NCBI GenBank assembly: GCA_011192125.1
Contig: DUEL01000005.1
Location: 1,512 to 65,511 of the forward strand
DNA length: 64,000 nt
Direction: 5' to 3'
Source of the DNA: Thermoflexia bacterium
GTDB lineage: Bacteria; Chloroflexota; Anaerolineae; B4-G1; DUEL01
The translations under genes and the position numbers were made by a program. The notes beneath the pieces are model-generated. The model saw only the letters and a program-made list of their open reading frames with translations. It was not told where the DNA came from and made no database searches. Numbering within the stretch: the first letter of the stretch is position 1; each line of letters starts with the position of its first letter. Of this stretch, positions 18,579 through 28,774 are shown piece after piece.

Positions 18579-21500
18579 ATGCCGTCCGGAGATCCTCGAT
18601 CCAAGTCGGACTTTCTTTTCCGCGCTGACCTTGAAGAGATCGCCCCGTTCGTCGCCGAACTGATCCGCTGGGAGGCGGAGCGGCAGGCCCGCAAACTGAT
18701 CCTCATCCCCTCTGAGTCGTACGCCCCAAAAGCGGTCCGTGAGGCCCTGGGCTCCGTTTTTCAGAACGTCTACGCCGAAGGGTACCCGCCGCTGCGGATG
18801 ACCCGCGATCCGGAGGTCCGATTGCGGGACGTGGCCTGGCAGTTGGCCTTCTACCGCCGTTACGCCGACCGGCGGTTCTACAAAGGGGTGGACTACGTCC
18901 ACTTCGTCGAGTGCCTGGCCCAGCGGCGGTGCGCCGAACTGTTCGCCCACGACGGCCTGCGCCCCGAGCACATCTACGTCAACGTCCAGCCCCTCTCCGG
19001 CGCGGCGGCCAACCTGGCCGTCTACCAGGCGCTGATGGAGCCGGAGGACGTCCTGATGGGGATGGACCTCTACCAGGGCGGCCACCTGACCCACGGCTCG
19101 GAGTTCAACCTCTCCGGCCAGCGATACCGGGTGGTCTCCTACGGGGTCGATCCCAAGACGGAACGGCTGGACTACGACCAGATCCGGGATCTAGCGCGGC
19201 AACACCGCCCGAAGGTGATCGTCGCCGGGTACACGTCGTACCCCTGGGCGCCGGACTGGCACGCCTTCCGGGAGATCGCCGACGAGGTGGGGGCCTACCT
19301 GATGGCGGACATCGCCCACACCGCAGGGATGGCCGCTGCCGGGGTCTACCCCAACCCCGTCGGCATCGCCGACGTGACCGTCTTCACCACCCACAAGACG
19401 ATCTGCGGGCCGCGCGGCGCGGTCATCCTCACCACCGACGAGGGACTGGCCCAGGCGATCGACATGGCGATCTTCCCCGGCGAGCAGGGCGGTCCCCACG
19501 TCAACAAGTTCGCCGCGATGGCGGTCGCCTTCCGCATCGCCCAGACGGAGGAGTTCCGCCGCCTGCAGCACCAGATCGTCGCCAACGCCCGCGCCCTGGC
19601 GGAGGGGCTCCAGAAGCGAGGGCTGAAACTGGCCTACGGCGGCACCGACACCCACCTCCTGCTCATCGACCTGAAGTCGATCCCCTCCGACACCGGCTTC
19701 CCCCTGTGGGGTGAGCCAGCGGTCCGCATCCTCGACCTGGTCGGGATCGTCGCCAACAAGAACACCATCCCCGGCGACACCGAGACCGCGCTGGCCACAG
19801 GGGTCCGGCTGGGAACCCCCTGGGTCACCCAGCGCGGGCTCGACGAGGCGGATATGGACACCCTCGCCGGGCTCATCCACAAGGTCCTGACCAACATCAA
19901 GCCCTTCGCCTACAACGGCCTCATCGGCACCCTCCCGCGCGGCAAGATCGATCTGGACGTGATGGAAGAAGTGCGGGCAGGGGTAGCGGAGTTGGCGGAG
20001 AAGGCGGGGATCGATTTTGAGTACACAAAGAGCGGATACCCGCACTTCTGGGAAGCGGGGATGCAGGGAAACGATGGAGGGACACACAGCCGTGCGCCCC
20101 GTGCCCTGCGGGTGACGGGCTGGCGGGCGCGGCAGTTCGTCCAGCAGGTGGTGACGGCGAACGTCGCCGAACTGGCCCCCGGCGAGTCGGCAGAGGCATA
20201 TATGCTCGACCGGCACGGCGGTCTCATCGCCGAGGTGACGGTGGAGCGGGAGGAGCCGGACCGGTGGGGGCGGGATCGCTACCTGATCACACCGGCCTCC
20301 AACGGCGCGCGGGTCGCCGCCTGGCTGCGGGCCCTCTCCGACGGGTACACACTGTTCGACGAGGAGGACGTGTTCCGGAAGGTGGAGGGGCCGGTGGTGG
20401 TGGAGGAGATACCTCACCCCTCCCCCGCCGCCTCCGGCGGCACCCCCTCCCCTCTCCCATCTGGGAGAGAGGAGGGGGCCGGGGAGTGGGGTGAGGTCCT
20501 GGCCACCCACCCGGAGCGGTTCGACCTGACCAAGCCGTACTTCGTGGGCCAGGCGCATCTGAGAGCGTTCGCGCCGAAGGTCGAGCGGGAGGAGTGGCAC
20601 TGGGAGGAGCCGGAGGCCCCCCTGAAGCGGACGCCGCTGTACGAGGTCCACAAGCGGATGGGCGCCAAGATGGTCCCCTTCGCCGGGTGGGAAATGCCGG
20701 TCTGGTACACCTCGGTGAGCGAGGAGCACCGGGCGGTGCGGGAGGCCGCCGGCCTGTTCGACGTAGCCCATATGGGGGTGTTCGAGATCACCGGTCCGCA
20801 CGCCACTGCCTTCCTGGACACGGTCTGTTCCAACTACGTCGCCTGGCTGGAGGACGGCCAGTCCCTCTATGGCTACCTGCTCGACCCCGACGGGCGGGTG
20901 ATCGACGACGTGATGATCTACCGGCTCCGGGCCGACCACTACCTGATGGTGGTCAACGCGGCCAACGAGGAGAAGGACTGGGACTGGCTGAACGCGGTCA
21001 ACGAGCGGCGGGTGGTCATCGACCGGGACCGGCCCTGGGTGCAGGTGGAGGCCCAGGCGGTGCTGCGCAACCTGAAGGACCCGGCCTCCGGCGAGCGGCA
21101 GAAGCGGGACCTGGCGTTGCAGGGACCTGCGTCATTGCCCACCCTCCAGGCGCTGACCAACGACCCGGACGTGAAGGCCGCACTGCGCAGACTGCGCCGG
21201 ACCGAGTTGATGGAGTGCGAACTGGCGGGGATCCCGCTGGTGGTGGCCCGCACCGGCTACACCGGCGAGGAGTGGGGGTTTGAGATCTTTGTCCACCCCG
21301 ACGACGCCCCTCGGCTGTGGGAGGCCATCCTGGAGGCGGGAGAGGCCTTCGGCGTGAAGCCGTGCGGCCTGGGCGCGCGGGACAGCCTCCGCACCGAGGC
21401 CGGACTTCCCCTCTACGGCCACGAACTGGCCGGCCCGTTCGACATCTCCCCCATTGAGGCCGGCTTCCCCGGCTACGTCAAGTACCACAAGCCGTTCTTC

Positions 21501-21872
21501 GTCGGCCGCGACCCGCTCCTGGCCCGGGAGAAGGACCGCAGGCGGGAGGTCATCCGCTTCCGGGTCAACGAGAAGGGCGTCCGCATCCCCCACCTGGGCG
21601 ACCCCGTGGTCAACCGGAAGGGGCAGCAGATCGGCCACGTGACCAGTTGCTCCATCGACGTCGAGGGGTATCTGGTAGGGATGGCGATCGTCGAGAAGCG
21701 GTACAACGTGCCGGAGACCCCCATCGCCGTCTTCCCCCTGGGCGGCAAGTCGCTGGACGAGGCGCTGCTGCGCGGCAAGCGGGTCGCCCTGCCGGTGGCG
21801 GCGACGGTGTTGACGCGGTTCCCAGAAAGGGAAGAGGGGAGACCGAGGATGAGAATGGGTGGGGAGGATTAG
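18579..21872 (+). CDS. glyA-gcvT: Serine hydroxymethyltransferase / glycine cleavage aminomethyltransferase T fusion
   Basis: [24 protein letters not shown] (PLP lysine), GTDTHL; then [38 protein letters not shown]. Confidence 0.95.
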   Translation: MPSGDPRSKSDFLFRADLEEIAPFVAELIRWEAERQARKLILIPSESYAPKAVREALGSVFQNVYAEGYPPLRMTRDPEVRLRDVAWQLAFYRRYADRRFYKGVDYVHFVECLAQRRCAELFAHDGLRPEHIYVNVQPLSGAAANLAVYQALMEPEDVLMGMDLYQGGHLTHGSEFNLSGQRYRVVSYGVDPKTERLDYDQIRDLARQHRPKVIVAGYTSYPWAPDWHAFREIADEVGAYLMADIAHTAGMAAAGVYPNPVGIADVTVFTTHKTICGPRGAVILTTDEGLAQAIDMAIFPGEQGGPHVNKFAAMAVAFRIAQTEEFRRLQHQIVANARALAEGLQKRGLKLAYGGTDTHLLLIDLKSIPSDTGFPLWGEPAVRILDLVGIVANKNTIPGDTETALATGVRLGTPWVTQRGLDEADMDTLAGLIHKVLTNIKPFAYNGLIGTLPRGKIDLDVMEEVRAGVAELAEKAGIDFEYTKSGYPHFWEAGMQGNDGGTHSRAPRALRVTGWRARQFVQQVVTANVAELAPGESAEAYMLDRHGGLIAEVTVEREEPDRWGRDRYLITPASNGARVAAWLRALSDGYTLFDEEDVFRKVEGPVVVEEIPHPSPAASGGTPSPLPSGREEGAGEWGEVLATHPERFDLTKPYFVGQAHLRAFAPKVEREEWHWEEPEAPLKRTPLYEVHKRMGAKMVPFAGWEMPVWYTSVSEEHRAVREAAGLFDVAHMGVFEITGPHATAFLDTVCSNYVAWLEDGQSLYGYLLDPDGRVIDDVMIYRLRADHYLMVVNAANEEKDWDWLNAVNERRVVIDRDRPWVQVEAQAVLRNLKDPASGERQKRDLALQGPASLPTLQALTNDPDVKAALRRLRRTELMECELAGIPLVVARTGYTGEEWGFEIFVHPDDAPRLWEAILEAGEAFGVKPCGLGARDSLRTEAGLPLYGHELAGPFDISPIEAGFPGYVKYHKPFFVGRDPLLAREKDRRREVIRFRVNEKGVRIPHLGDPVVNRKGQQIGHVTSCSIDVEGYLVGMAIVEKRYNVPETPIAVFPLGGKSLDEALLRGKRVALPVAATVLTRFPEREEGRPRMRMGGED
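20411..20497. repeat. Palindromic CCTCACCCC element inserted in frame in glyA-gcvT
   Basis: 87 nt; terminal acctcacccc/ggggtgaggt; inner ctctccca/tgggagag. Confidence 0.75.
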
Positions 21873-22597
21873 TGATGAGACGAGAGACCTTCGACATCCT
21901 GTTTCTTGTGGCCCGTCCGGCGGCGGGGAAGAGCGAGATCATCGATTATCTCACACGGACGGACGTGGAGGAGCGGCGGCGCCGGTTCCACATCGGCCCC
22001 TTCGAGGTACTGGACGACTTCCCGATGCTCTGGACCTGGTTTGAGGAGGACGCGATCCTGCGCAGGATGGGCTACCCCGGCCTCCACACCGACGAGGAGG
22101 GATACTTCAAGTATCCGTACCTCTGGCACCTCCTCATCGAGCGGCTGGCGCTGGAGTTCCAGAAGCGAGAGCGGGATCGACCGCCCGACCAGGAGGTCAC
22201 CACCATCGTGGAGTTCTCCCGAGGCAGCCCGTCGGGCGGCTACCGGGAGGCCTTCCGCCACTTCCCGGAGGAGATGCTGGCACGGGGTGCGATCCTGTAC
22301 GTGCGGGTCTCCTACGAGGAGTCGCTGCGGAAGAACCGGCTCCGGTTCAACCCGGACCGGCCCGACTCCATCCTGGAGCACAGCCTGCCGGACGAGAAGA
22401 TGGAGCGACTGTACAAGGAGGACGACTGGGATGATTTCACGTCGGCGGACCCGGAGTATGTGGAGGTGAAGGGGGTGCGAGTGCCCTATGCGGTGTTTGA
22501 GAACGAAGATGACGTGACGACGGAGCGAGGGGAACCGCTGGGGCAGCGGTTGGAGGTCGTTCTGGACCAGCTCTGGGCGATCTGGTCCCGCAGGTGA
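21872..22597 (+). CDS. Uncharacterised P-loop protein, kinase-like
   Basis: ILFLVARPAAGKSE Walker-A-like; IVEFSRG; start abuts or overlaps the glyA-gcvT stop (GTG 21872 or ATG 21875). Confidence 0.75.
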   Translation: MMRRETFDILFLVARPAAGKSEIIDYLTRTDVEERRRRFHIGPFEVLDDFPMLWTWFEEDAILRRMGYPGLHTDEEGYFKYPYLWHLLIERLALEFQKRERDRPPDQEVTTIVEFSRGSPSGGYREAFRHFPEEMLARGAILYVRVSYEESLRKNRLRFNPDRPDSILEHSLPDEKMERLYKEDDWDDFTSADPEYVEVKGVRVPYAVFENEDDVTTERGEPLGQRLEVVLDQLWAIWSRR

Positions 22598-22606
22598 GCG
22601 CTGTTT

Positions 22607-22634
22607 CACCGCAGAGATGCAAAGGGCGCAGAGG
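22607..22634. repeat. Family A half element
   Basis: caccgcagagatgcaaagggcgcagagg. Confidence 0.6.
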
Positions 22635-22666
22635 TTTCCACGGTTTTTCGCAAAGGTAAAGAGACG

Positions 22667-23665
22667 ATGCGGAAAGGCGTATCTACTCGACCACCCGTCT
22701 TCGTCACTCGCCCCATCCCCGAGGCCGGCCTCCGCCGGGTGCGGGACGCCTGCGAGGTCCGGATGTGGGAAGGGGAACTACCTCCACCCAAGGAGGTGAT
22801 CCTCAAAGAAGTGGCCGAATGTGAGGGCTTGCTTTGCCTGCTGACCGACCCCATCGACGCGGAGGTGGTCGGCGCCGGAAGACACCTTCGGGTGATCAGC
22901 CAGATGGCTGTGGGGGTCGACAACATCGACCTGGAGGCCGCCACGGCGCGGGGGATCCCCGTCGGCCACACACCAGGGGTCCTCACCGAGGCCACCGCCG
23001 ACCTGACCTTCGCCCTGCTCCTCGCCGCCGCACGGCGCATCCCGGAGGGGATCGAGTACGTCCGCCAGGGACGGTGGCGCACCTGGGAGCCGATGGTCCT
23101 CCTCGGGAGGGAGGTCTGGGGGAAAACGCTGGGCATCGTCGGACTGGGGCGCATCGGGACGGCGGTGGCCCGCCGCGCGCGGGGGTTCGCGATGCGGGTC
23201 CTCTACCACAGCCGAAGCCGCAAGCCGGATCTGGAGGCGGAACTGGGCGTGGAGTACACGCCGCTGGACGACCTGCTGGCTCAGGCCGACTTCGTCAGCC
23301 TCCACTGCCCGCTGACCCCCGAGACCCACCACCTCATCGACGAGGAGGCGCTGCGCCGGATGAAGCCGACGGCGATCCTGATCAACGCCGCCCGCGGGCC
23401 GGTGGTGGATACCGACGCGCTGCTGCGGGCGCTGCGGGAAGGCTGGATCGAGGCGGCCGGTCTCGACGTCACCGACCCCGAGCCGCTGCCGGCGGACCAC
23501 CCCCTGCTCGACCTCCCCAACTGCATCGTCATCCCCCACCTGGGCAGCGCGACGGTCGCTGCAAGGGAACGGATGGCGACGATGGCGGCGGAGAACCTGC
23601 TGGCAGGGCTGCGTGGGGAGCGGCTGCCGTACTGCGCGAATCCCGAGGTCTACGAGGCCAGATGA
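22667..23665 (+). CDS. D-2-hydroxyacid dehydrogenase (glyoxylate/hydroxypyruvate reductase, GyaR-like)
   Basis: [40 protein letters not shown]. Confidence 0.92.
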   Translation: MRKGVSTRPPVFVTRPIPEAGLRRVRDACEVRMWEGELPPPKEVILKEVAECEGLLCLLTDPIDAEVVGAGRHLRVISQMAVGVDNIDLEAATARGIPVGHTPGVLTEATADLTFALLLAAARRIPEGIEYVRQGRWRTWEPMVLLGREVWGKTLGIVGLGRIGTAVARRARGFAMRVLYHSRSRKPDLEAELGVEYTPLDDLLAQADFVSLHCPLTPETHHLIDEEALRRMKPTAILINAARGPVVDTDALLRALREGWIEAAGLDVTDPEPLPADHPLLDLPNCIVIPHLGSATVAARERMATMAAENLLAGLRGERLPYCANPEVYEAR

Positions 23666-23681
23666 CTGGGGTGACTGGAAA

Positions 23682-24095
23682 ATGGGACGAGTGATCTCCA
23701 CGGAAGGACCAGGGAAGATACGGAATCAGCATCGGCGGACGATCGCCGAGGTGTTGCGGATTTTGAGCCAGAAGCGGGAACTGGACGAGGAGGTGAAGGA
23801 CCTGGCCGCCGTCATCGTCTTCTCGCTCCACGGCATCGCCGACACGGTGGAGCAGACGACGGCGGCATGGGATAAGAGGAACTATTACCTCAAGGCCGAC
23901 CGGTTCCGACGGGAGTGGGCCTGGGTCGAGGAGGCGATCGAGGAACTGAGCGACCTCATCTACCGGGGACGTTGGGAGCATCTCCCCGCCTTCCTGGCCC
24001 GGTTGGCCCCCCGCTTCGCCGACGTGAAGGTATCCCGCCTGACCCGCAACCCATCCCTTTGGAAAGGGGCCTACCAGCGCTTCATGCAGGAATGA
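23682..24095 (+). CDS. Hypothetical helical protein
   Basis: Clean 137-aa ORF with typical codon usage (AWDKRNYYLKADRFRREW). Confidence 0.75.
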   Translation: MGRVISTEGPGKIRNQHRRTIAEVLRILSQKRELDEEVKDLAAVIVFSLHGIADTVEQTTAAWDKRNYYLKADRFRREWAWVEEAIEELSDLIYRGRWEHLPAFLARLAPRFADVKVSRLTRNPSLWKGAYQRFMQE

Positions 24096-24100
24096 GCCCT

Positions 24101-24168
24101 CCACGAATAGAGCACGAATGCACGAATGGCGGCCTCACCCATTCGTGCATTCGTGCTCTATTCGTGGA
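24101..24168. repeat. Family B palindromic repeat (CACGAAT units)
   Basis: ccacgaatagagcacgaatgcacgaatgg / ccattcgtgcattcgtgctctattcgtgg, perfect arms; half copy at 46618-46644. Confidence 0.8.
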
Positions 24169-24203
24169 CGGCGGCGGGTGCGACCTTGTCTCCCCGCGAC
24201 CCG

Positions 24204-25529
24204 CTAGAGCCGTTCCTCCGGCCCGACGGGCAGCGCCACCAGGCCGCTGATCACCTTGGGATAGAAGTCGGTGGACTTCTGCGGCATCCGCTCGCTGGCG
24301 GCGGTGCAAGCCCGCACCTGCTCGATGCGGGTGGGGTTCATCAGCAGCAGGAACTGGGCCTCCCCCTTGTCCACCGCCGCAAAACCGGGCGTGGGATCGC
24401 GCAGGTAGTCGATGTTCTCCTTCCGCTTGACCGCCTCTTTGTCGATCCCCAGCACCCGCTCGATGAACAGTTCGTGCAGGACCACCACGTCCAGCATCCG
24501 CCAGTCGGCAGCGCGGTCGGGCAGGAGTTGGGCCATCACGCCTGGATCGCGCAACTCCAGCACCGCGTAGGCCCCGTCGTAGAAGCCGAAGCGCGGGTGG
24601 TCGGGCCTAGCCTCCGCCAGCGCCTTCTCCACCGCCGCCCGGTCCGAAGCGGGCGTCACCTCGAAGTACTCCTTCGCCTTCTCCAACGCCGCCTTCCCAT
24701 CCATCCGGGTGTAGGAGTGGATGAGCCGGTGGGTGGGGAGGATCACAAGACCCGGATCGCTCATACTGACCAGCGTGACCATCGTGTAGTTGAAGGCGGC
24801 GTCGGCGGGGGCGTCCGGGTATTTCTGGCGCATCTCGTCCCGGAAGGTGAGCGCGGTCTCGTACCGGTGGTGCCCGTCGGCGATGATCAGGTTCCGCTTG
24901 GGGGCCATCTCCTCTGCCACAGCCCGGATCACCTCCGGATCGTCCACCACCCAGAACCGCTGTTCCACCGCGCTCTCGATCACCTGCTCCCGCGCGACGA
25001 TCGGCTCGTGCGTCTCCAGATAGGACTGGAGAATGGAGTTGACACGGTTCTCGTCGTCGGGGTAGAGGATGAAGATGTGCCCCCAGGCCGTCTCGGTGGC
25101 GCGGAACAGGTTCAGCCGATCCACCTTGGGACCGGAGAGGGTCCGCTCGTGGGGGAGGATCACCCCCTCGTCGAAACGGGTCAGTTGGAGCGCGGCGCTG
25201 AACCCCCGGCGGGTGCGGGTCTCGCCGGTCGGCGTGGTGTAGGTCTGCTCCAGGACGTAGATCGCCGGCCGCTCCTCCCGCATCAACACTCCCTCCGCCA
25301 ACCAGGTACGGGCGTAGCAGCGAGCGCGGGTATAGACATTGTCCGTCTCGCTATCCCACGGCGTCGCCTTGCCCCGGATGATGCGGACGAAGTTGTAGGG
25401 GCTCAGTTCGTAGTACCGCTCCTGCTGCGGCTCGTGGATGCGGTCGTAGGGCTGGGTGATCACCTTCGAGAGGTCGCCGACCTTCTCGACGTTGTAGCGC
25501 AATCCGCGAAACGGTTTCACAATCGCCAT
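24204..25529 (-). CDS. DUF1015 family protein
   Basis: KPFRGLRY, PYD, ILPHERT, IADGHHRYE, MPQKSTDFYPK. Confidence 0.9.
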   Translation of the reverse strand: MAIVKPFRGLRYNVEKVGDLSKVITQPYDRIHEPQQERYYELSPYNFVRIIRGKATPWDSETDNVYTRARCYARTWLAEGVLMREERPAIYVLEQTYTTPTGETRTRRGFSAALQLTRFDEGVILPHERTLSGPKVDRLNLFRATETAWGHIFILYPDDENRVNSILQSYLETHEPIVAREQVIESAVEQRFWVVDDPEVIRAVAEEMAPKRNLIIADGHHRYETALTFRDEMRQKYPDAPADAAFNYTMVTLVSMSDPGLVILPTHRLIHSYTRMDGKAALEKAKEYFEVTPASDRAAVEKALAEARPDHPRFGFYDGAYAVLELRDPGVMAQLLPDRAADWRMLDVVVLHELFIERVLGIDKEAVKRKENIDYLRDPTPGFAAVDKGEAQFLLLMNPTRIEQVRACTAASERMPQKSTDFYPKVISGLVALPVGPEERL

Positions 25530-25552
25530 CGTCTACCTCCATTACGTAGTTC

Positions 25553-25628
25553 CACCACAGAGACACAGAGGACACAGAGTTTTTCTCTTGTTTTTTGCGT
25601 TTCTCAGCGCACTCTGTGCCTCTGTGGT
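25553..25628. repeat. Family A palindromic repeat
   Basis: caccacagagacacagaggacacagag ... ctctgtgcctctgtggt. Confidence 0.85.
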
Positions 25629-25639
25629 TTTTTGTTCCA

Positions 25640-26323
25640 CTAAAACTCCGCCTTGTAGAACGACACCACGGTCACCACGTAGGCGATCATCTTCGGCAGC
25701 ATCAGCATCCCCGCGATGGGGTACCGGTCGACGAAGAGGATGGTGCCGAGGTAGCAGGTGAAGGAGACGATCACCGACCACCCGGCGACGGTCAGCCATT
25801 TACTTCCGGCGCGCAGGAACATCCCGGCGAGGACGAACCCGGCAAAAGCAAAGGGGATATTCCGGTAGATACGCCACGCGGGGGCCGGGCCACCCCAGTT
25901 GTTCTGGGGGAAGAAGAGAAGCACCACACGCACCGCCAGCGCTGCCACCACCAGCCACTCTACCCAGGTCCACGGATGGCCCGTCTTCTCCTGGCGGTAC
26001 AGGAGGGCGAAAAGATAGAAGAAAGTAAGCGTGAAGGAGGTGGCGAAGGAGCCGACGCCGAGCCAGGAGACCAGGTAGCCGCCCCAGTGGAGGGCGATCG
26101 CCTCCACACTGGAGAGGGTCCGGTGGGCGTAAGCGACGATGTGGACCGTGTCGCCGAGGATCAGCGTGACCACCGCCGCCAGCAGCCAGCGACTGCTCCT
26201 CTGCTGCTCCGGCGACTGCTGCCCGTACCGCCTGATCATCAACGCGGCGACGGTCAGGATGCTCGCCAGGTAGGCGAAGTTGAGCAGATTGACGACGATC
26301 CCCATAGGTCCGGTGGTAGGCAT
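25640..26323 (-). CDS. Multi-pass membrane protein
   Basis: About 7 hydrophobic segments; LGDTVH, YRNIPF, MLPK motifs. Confidence 0.8.
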   Translation of the reverse strand: MPTTGPMGIVVNLLNFAYLASILTVAALMIRRYGQQSPEQQRSSRWLLAAVVTLILGDTVHIVAYAHRTLSSVEAIALHWGGYLVSWLGVGSFATSFTLTFFYLFALLYRQEKTGHPWTWVEWLVVAALAVRVVLLFFPQNNWGGPAPAWRIYRNIPFAFAGFVLAGMFLRAGSKWLTVAGWSVIVSFTCYLGTILFVDRYPIAGMLMLPKMIAYVVTVVSFYKAEF

Positions 26324-26348
26324 AGTCTACTCCTTATCTCATAGCTCC

Positions 26349-26386
26349 GGCTGGTGCGACGCACCTTGAAGTACGTCGCACCAGCC
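26349..26386. repeat. REP-like palindrome
   Basis: ggctggtgcgacg / cgtcgcaccagcc, perfect 13-bp arms. Confidence 0.7.
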
Positions 26387-26391
26387 CTACC

Positions 26392-27306
26392 CTACCCCAT
26401 CCTCTGCGCGAACTCGATGGCGATGCGGGCCACCTCCTCGCCCACGCGGGCCTTCGCTTCTTTGGTCCCCGCACCGATGTGGGGCGAGCCGATGACCTGT
26501 GGCAACTCCATCAGCCGCTTGCCCCGGTCCTCCTTCTCGTCCTCGAACACGTCCAGCGCTGCCCCCGCCACCTTGCCGCTGACGATAGCGTCGTACAGCG
26601 CCCCCTCGTCCAGCGTTCCGCCCCGGCCACAATTGATGATATAGACCCCGTCCTTCATCTTGGCGAACTCCTCCGCGCCGATGAGGTAGTGGGTCTCCGG
26701 GGTGTGGGGGACGTGGAGGGAGATGAAGTCGGAGCGGGCCAGGAGTTCGTCCAGGGAGACCTGGGTAGCGCCGGGGACCTCGACCCGGGTGCGGCGGTAG
26801 TAGATGACCTCCATCCCCAGCGCGGCCGCCTTCTGGGCCACCAGGCTCCCGATCCGACCGCAGCCCACCAGCCCCAGTGTCTTCCCGGCCAGTTCGATCC
26901 CCTTACTGAAGGCCTTCTTCTCCCACTTTCCTGCCTTCATCGACGCGGTGGCCTGGGGGATCTGCCGGGCCAGGGCGAAGAGGTAGCCGATGGTCAACTC
27001 GGCCACCGAGTTCGAGGAGGCGGCCGGGGTGTTGCGCACCTCGATCCCTTTCGACTGGGCGTACTCCACGTCGATGTTATCCAGCCCCACCCCACCGCGG
27101 ATGATCAACTTCAGGTTGGTCGCTTTGTCGATGAGGGGAGCACGGACCTTGGTGCGGCTGCGGACGACGATGGCGTCGTAGTCATCGATGACCGCCTCCA
27201 GTTCCTCCGGCGAGATGTCGTCCCGCACGTCCACCTCGATCCCCGCCTCGCGCATCGCAGCGATGGCTTTTTCATCGGTTGGGTCGCAGATCAGGAGCCT
27301 CATCAT
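26392..27306 (-). CDS. serA: D-3-phosphoglycerate dehydrogenase-like 2-hydroxyacid dehydrogenase (short, no ACT domain)
   Basis: VVRSRTKV, GVGLDNID, NSVAEL, GCGRIG, PHIGAGTKEA. Confidence 0.8.
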   Translation of the reverse strand: MMRLLICDPTDEKAIAAMREAGIEVDVRDDISPEELEAVIDDYDAIVVRSRTKVRAPLIDKATNLKLIIRGGVGLDNIDVEYAQSKGIEVRNTPAASSNSVAELTIGYLFALARQIPQATASMKAGKWEKKAFSKGIELAGKTLGLVGCGRIGSLVAQKAAALGMEVIYYRRTRVEVPGATQVSLDELLARSDFISLHVPHTPETHYLIGAEEFAKMKDGVYIINCGRGGTLDEGALYDAIVSGKVAGAALDVFEDEKEDRGKRLMELPQVIGSPHIGAGTKEAKARVGEEVARIAIEFAQRMG

Positions 27307-27319
27307 TACCTCCTTAGAC

Positions 27320-28387
27320 TTACAATCCCAGAATATCGTTGATCTGCTCCAACAGCCACTTGATGTCCTCCACCGTCAGGTCGCCCATGTGTGCGATACG
27401 GAAGCACTTTTCCTTCAGATCACCGTAGCCGTTGGAGATGATGGCACCCCGCTTGCGCAGTTCCTCGTTCAGCCCGGCGACGCTGATGCCGCGGGTGTTC
27501 TTGACATTGGTAACGGTGAGGGAGAGGTACCGCTCGTCGGAGTAGAGGGCGAAGTACTCGCGGGCCCAGTCCTGCACGATGGCCGCCATATCCTTGTGCC
27601 GCTGCCACCGGTTCTCCAGCCCCTCGGCCAGGATGTCGTCCATCTGCTTGTTGAGGGCCCAGATCAGGCTGATCGCAGGGGTCGCCGGGGTCTGGTGCTT
27701 CTCGTACTTCTTATCCATCTGCTCGTAGGAGAAATAGTAGCCCGGATTGGCGACCTGCCTGGCCCGTTCCCGCGCCCGGTCGCTCACCGCGCAGACCGTC
27801 AGCCCAGGCGGGAGGGCGAAGCACTTCTGCACACCAGCCAGGCAGACATCCAGCCCCCAGGCGTCGAACTCGATCTTCACCCCGGCCATACAACTGACCG
27901 CGTCCACCAGGATGAGCACGTCGGGGTACTTGTCGTGGATGAGGGCGGCGATGTCCTTGACCGGGTTCATCACGCCGGTGGAGGTCTCGTTCATCACGAT
28001 GGTCACCGCGTCGTACTCGCCGCTGGCCAGCGCCTCATCCACCATCTCCGGCGTGATCGCCTGCCCCATCGGCACCTCGATCTTGTCGCAGGGGATGCCG
28101 TTCGCCTTGGTGATCTGGTGCCACCGCTTGGAGAAGGCACCGCAGACGGTGTTGAGAACCTTCTTGGTGGAGGCCTGCCGGACCGAACCCTCCATCACGC
28201 CGGTTGACGAAGAGGTGTAGAGGTAGACCCGCTGCGTGGTGTAGAGAAGTTTCTGGAGTTTGGGGGTCACCTCAGCCTGCAGCGCCGAGTACTCCGGCGT
28301 CCGATGGCCGATCATCGGGACCGTCTGAGCCTGCAGAACCTCCTCCCGAACGTGCGTCGGACCGGGGATAAACAGTTTCGGATACAT
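27320..28387 (-). CDS. Class V PLP aminotransferase (alanine-glyoxylate / serine-pyruvate / phosphoserine type)
   Basis: LFIPGP, MIGHR, NETSTG, VDAVS, GVQKCFALPPGL, FRIAHMG. Confidence 0.92.
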   Translation of the reverse strand: MYPKLFIPGPTHVREEVLQAQTVPMIGHRTPEYSALQAEVTPKLQKLLYTTQRVYLYTSSSTGVMEGSVRQASTKKVLNTVCGAFSKRWHQITKANGIPCDKIEVPMGQAITPEMVDEALASGEYDAVTIVMNETSTGVMNPVKDIAALIHDKYPDVLILVDAVSCMAGVKIEFDAWGLDVCLAGVQKCFALPPGLTVCAVSDRARERARQVANPGYYFSYEQMDKKYEKHQTPATPAISLIWALNKQMDDILAEGLENRWQRHKDMAAIVQDWAREYFALYSDERYLSLTVTNVKNTRGISVAGLNEELRKRGAIISNGYGDLKEKCFRIAHMGDLTVEDIKWLLEQINDILGL

Positions 28388-28438
28388 CGCTCACCTCCTC
28401 ACAGATGGGTTGATCGCCTCGTAACACTCCATCCCAAG

Positions 28439-28473
28439 AAAAAAGGGGAACGCACGACCGGCATGCATTCCCC
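28439..28473 (-). terminator. Riboswitch expression-platform terminator
   Basis: Minus strand ggggaatgca...tgcgttcccc followed by TTTTTT; overlaps the 3' strand of aptamer 2. Confidence 0.75.
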
Positions 28474-28660
28474 CTGTCCACGACCTGAGAGATTCCCCAC
28501 CCTCCGCCGGAGGGCGGGTTGCCCCGTCGGTGCCCGGCGGGCTCTCCAGGGGTGGCTACGACACGGGGTCCTTTTACCTGAGAGTTTCACCGACGACGTC
28601 CGGTCCCCACCGTCGGCTTGCCCCTTCGGTGCCTCCGACGAGGTCTCTCCCCCGTGTCCG
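28469..28660 (-). ncRNA. Tandem glycine riboswitch
   Basis: Two aptamers on the minus strand: GGAGAGA..CACCGAAGG..AAACTCTCAGG and GGAGAG..CACCGACGG..AATCTCTCAGG. Confidence 0.93.
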
Positions 28661-28699
28661 CCACGGACGATCAATTTACTCTTTGGATCGACAGAGCCC

Positions 28700-28727
28700 A
28701 TTGTAGCAAATCCTTCCGAGATGTCAA
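28700..28727 (-). promoter_or_regulatory. Promoter of the riboswitch-led operon
   Basis: TTGACA-16 nt-TACAAT with TGn extension. Confidence 0.65.
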
Positions 28728-28774
28728 AGCCCGGAGTTGCCCCTCCACGATAAGCATACTAAAATCACACCGAA

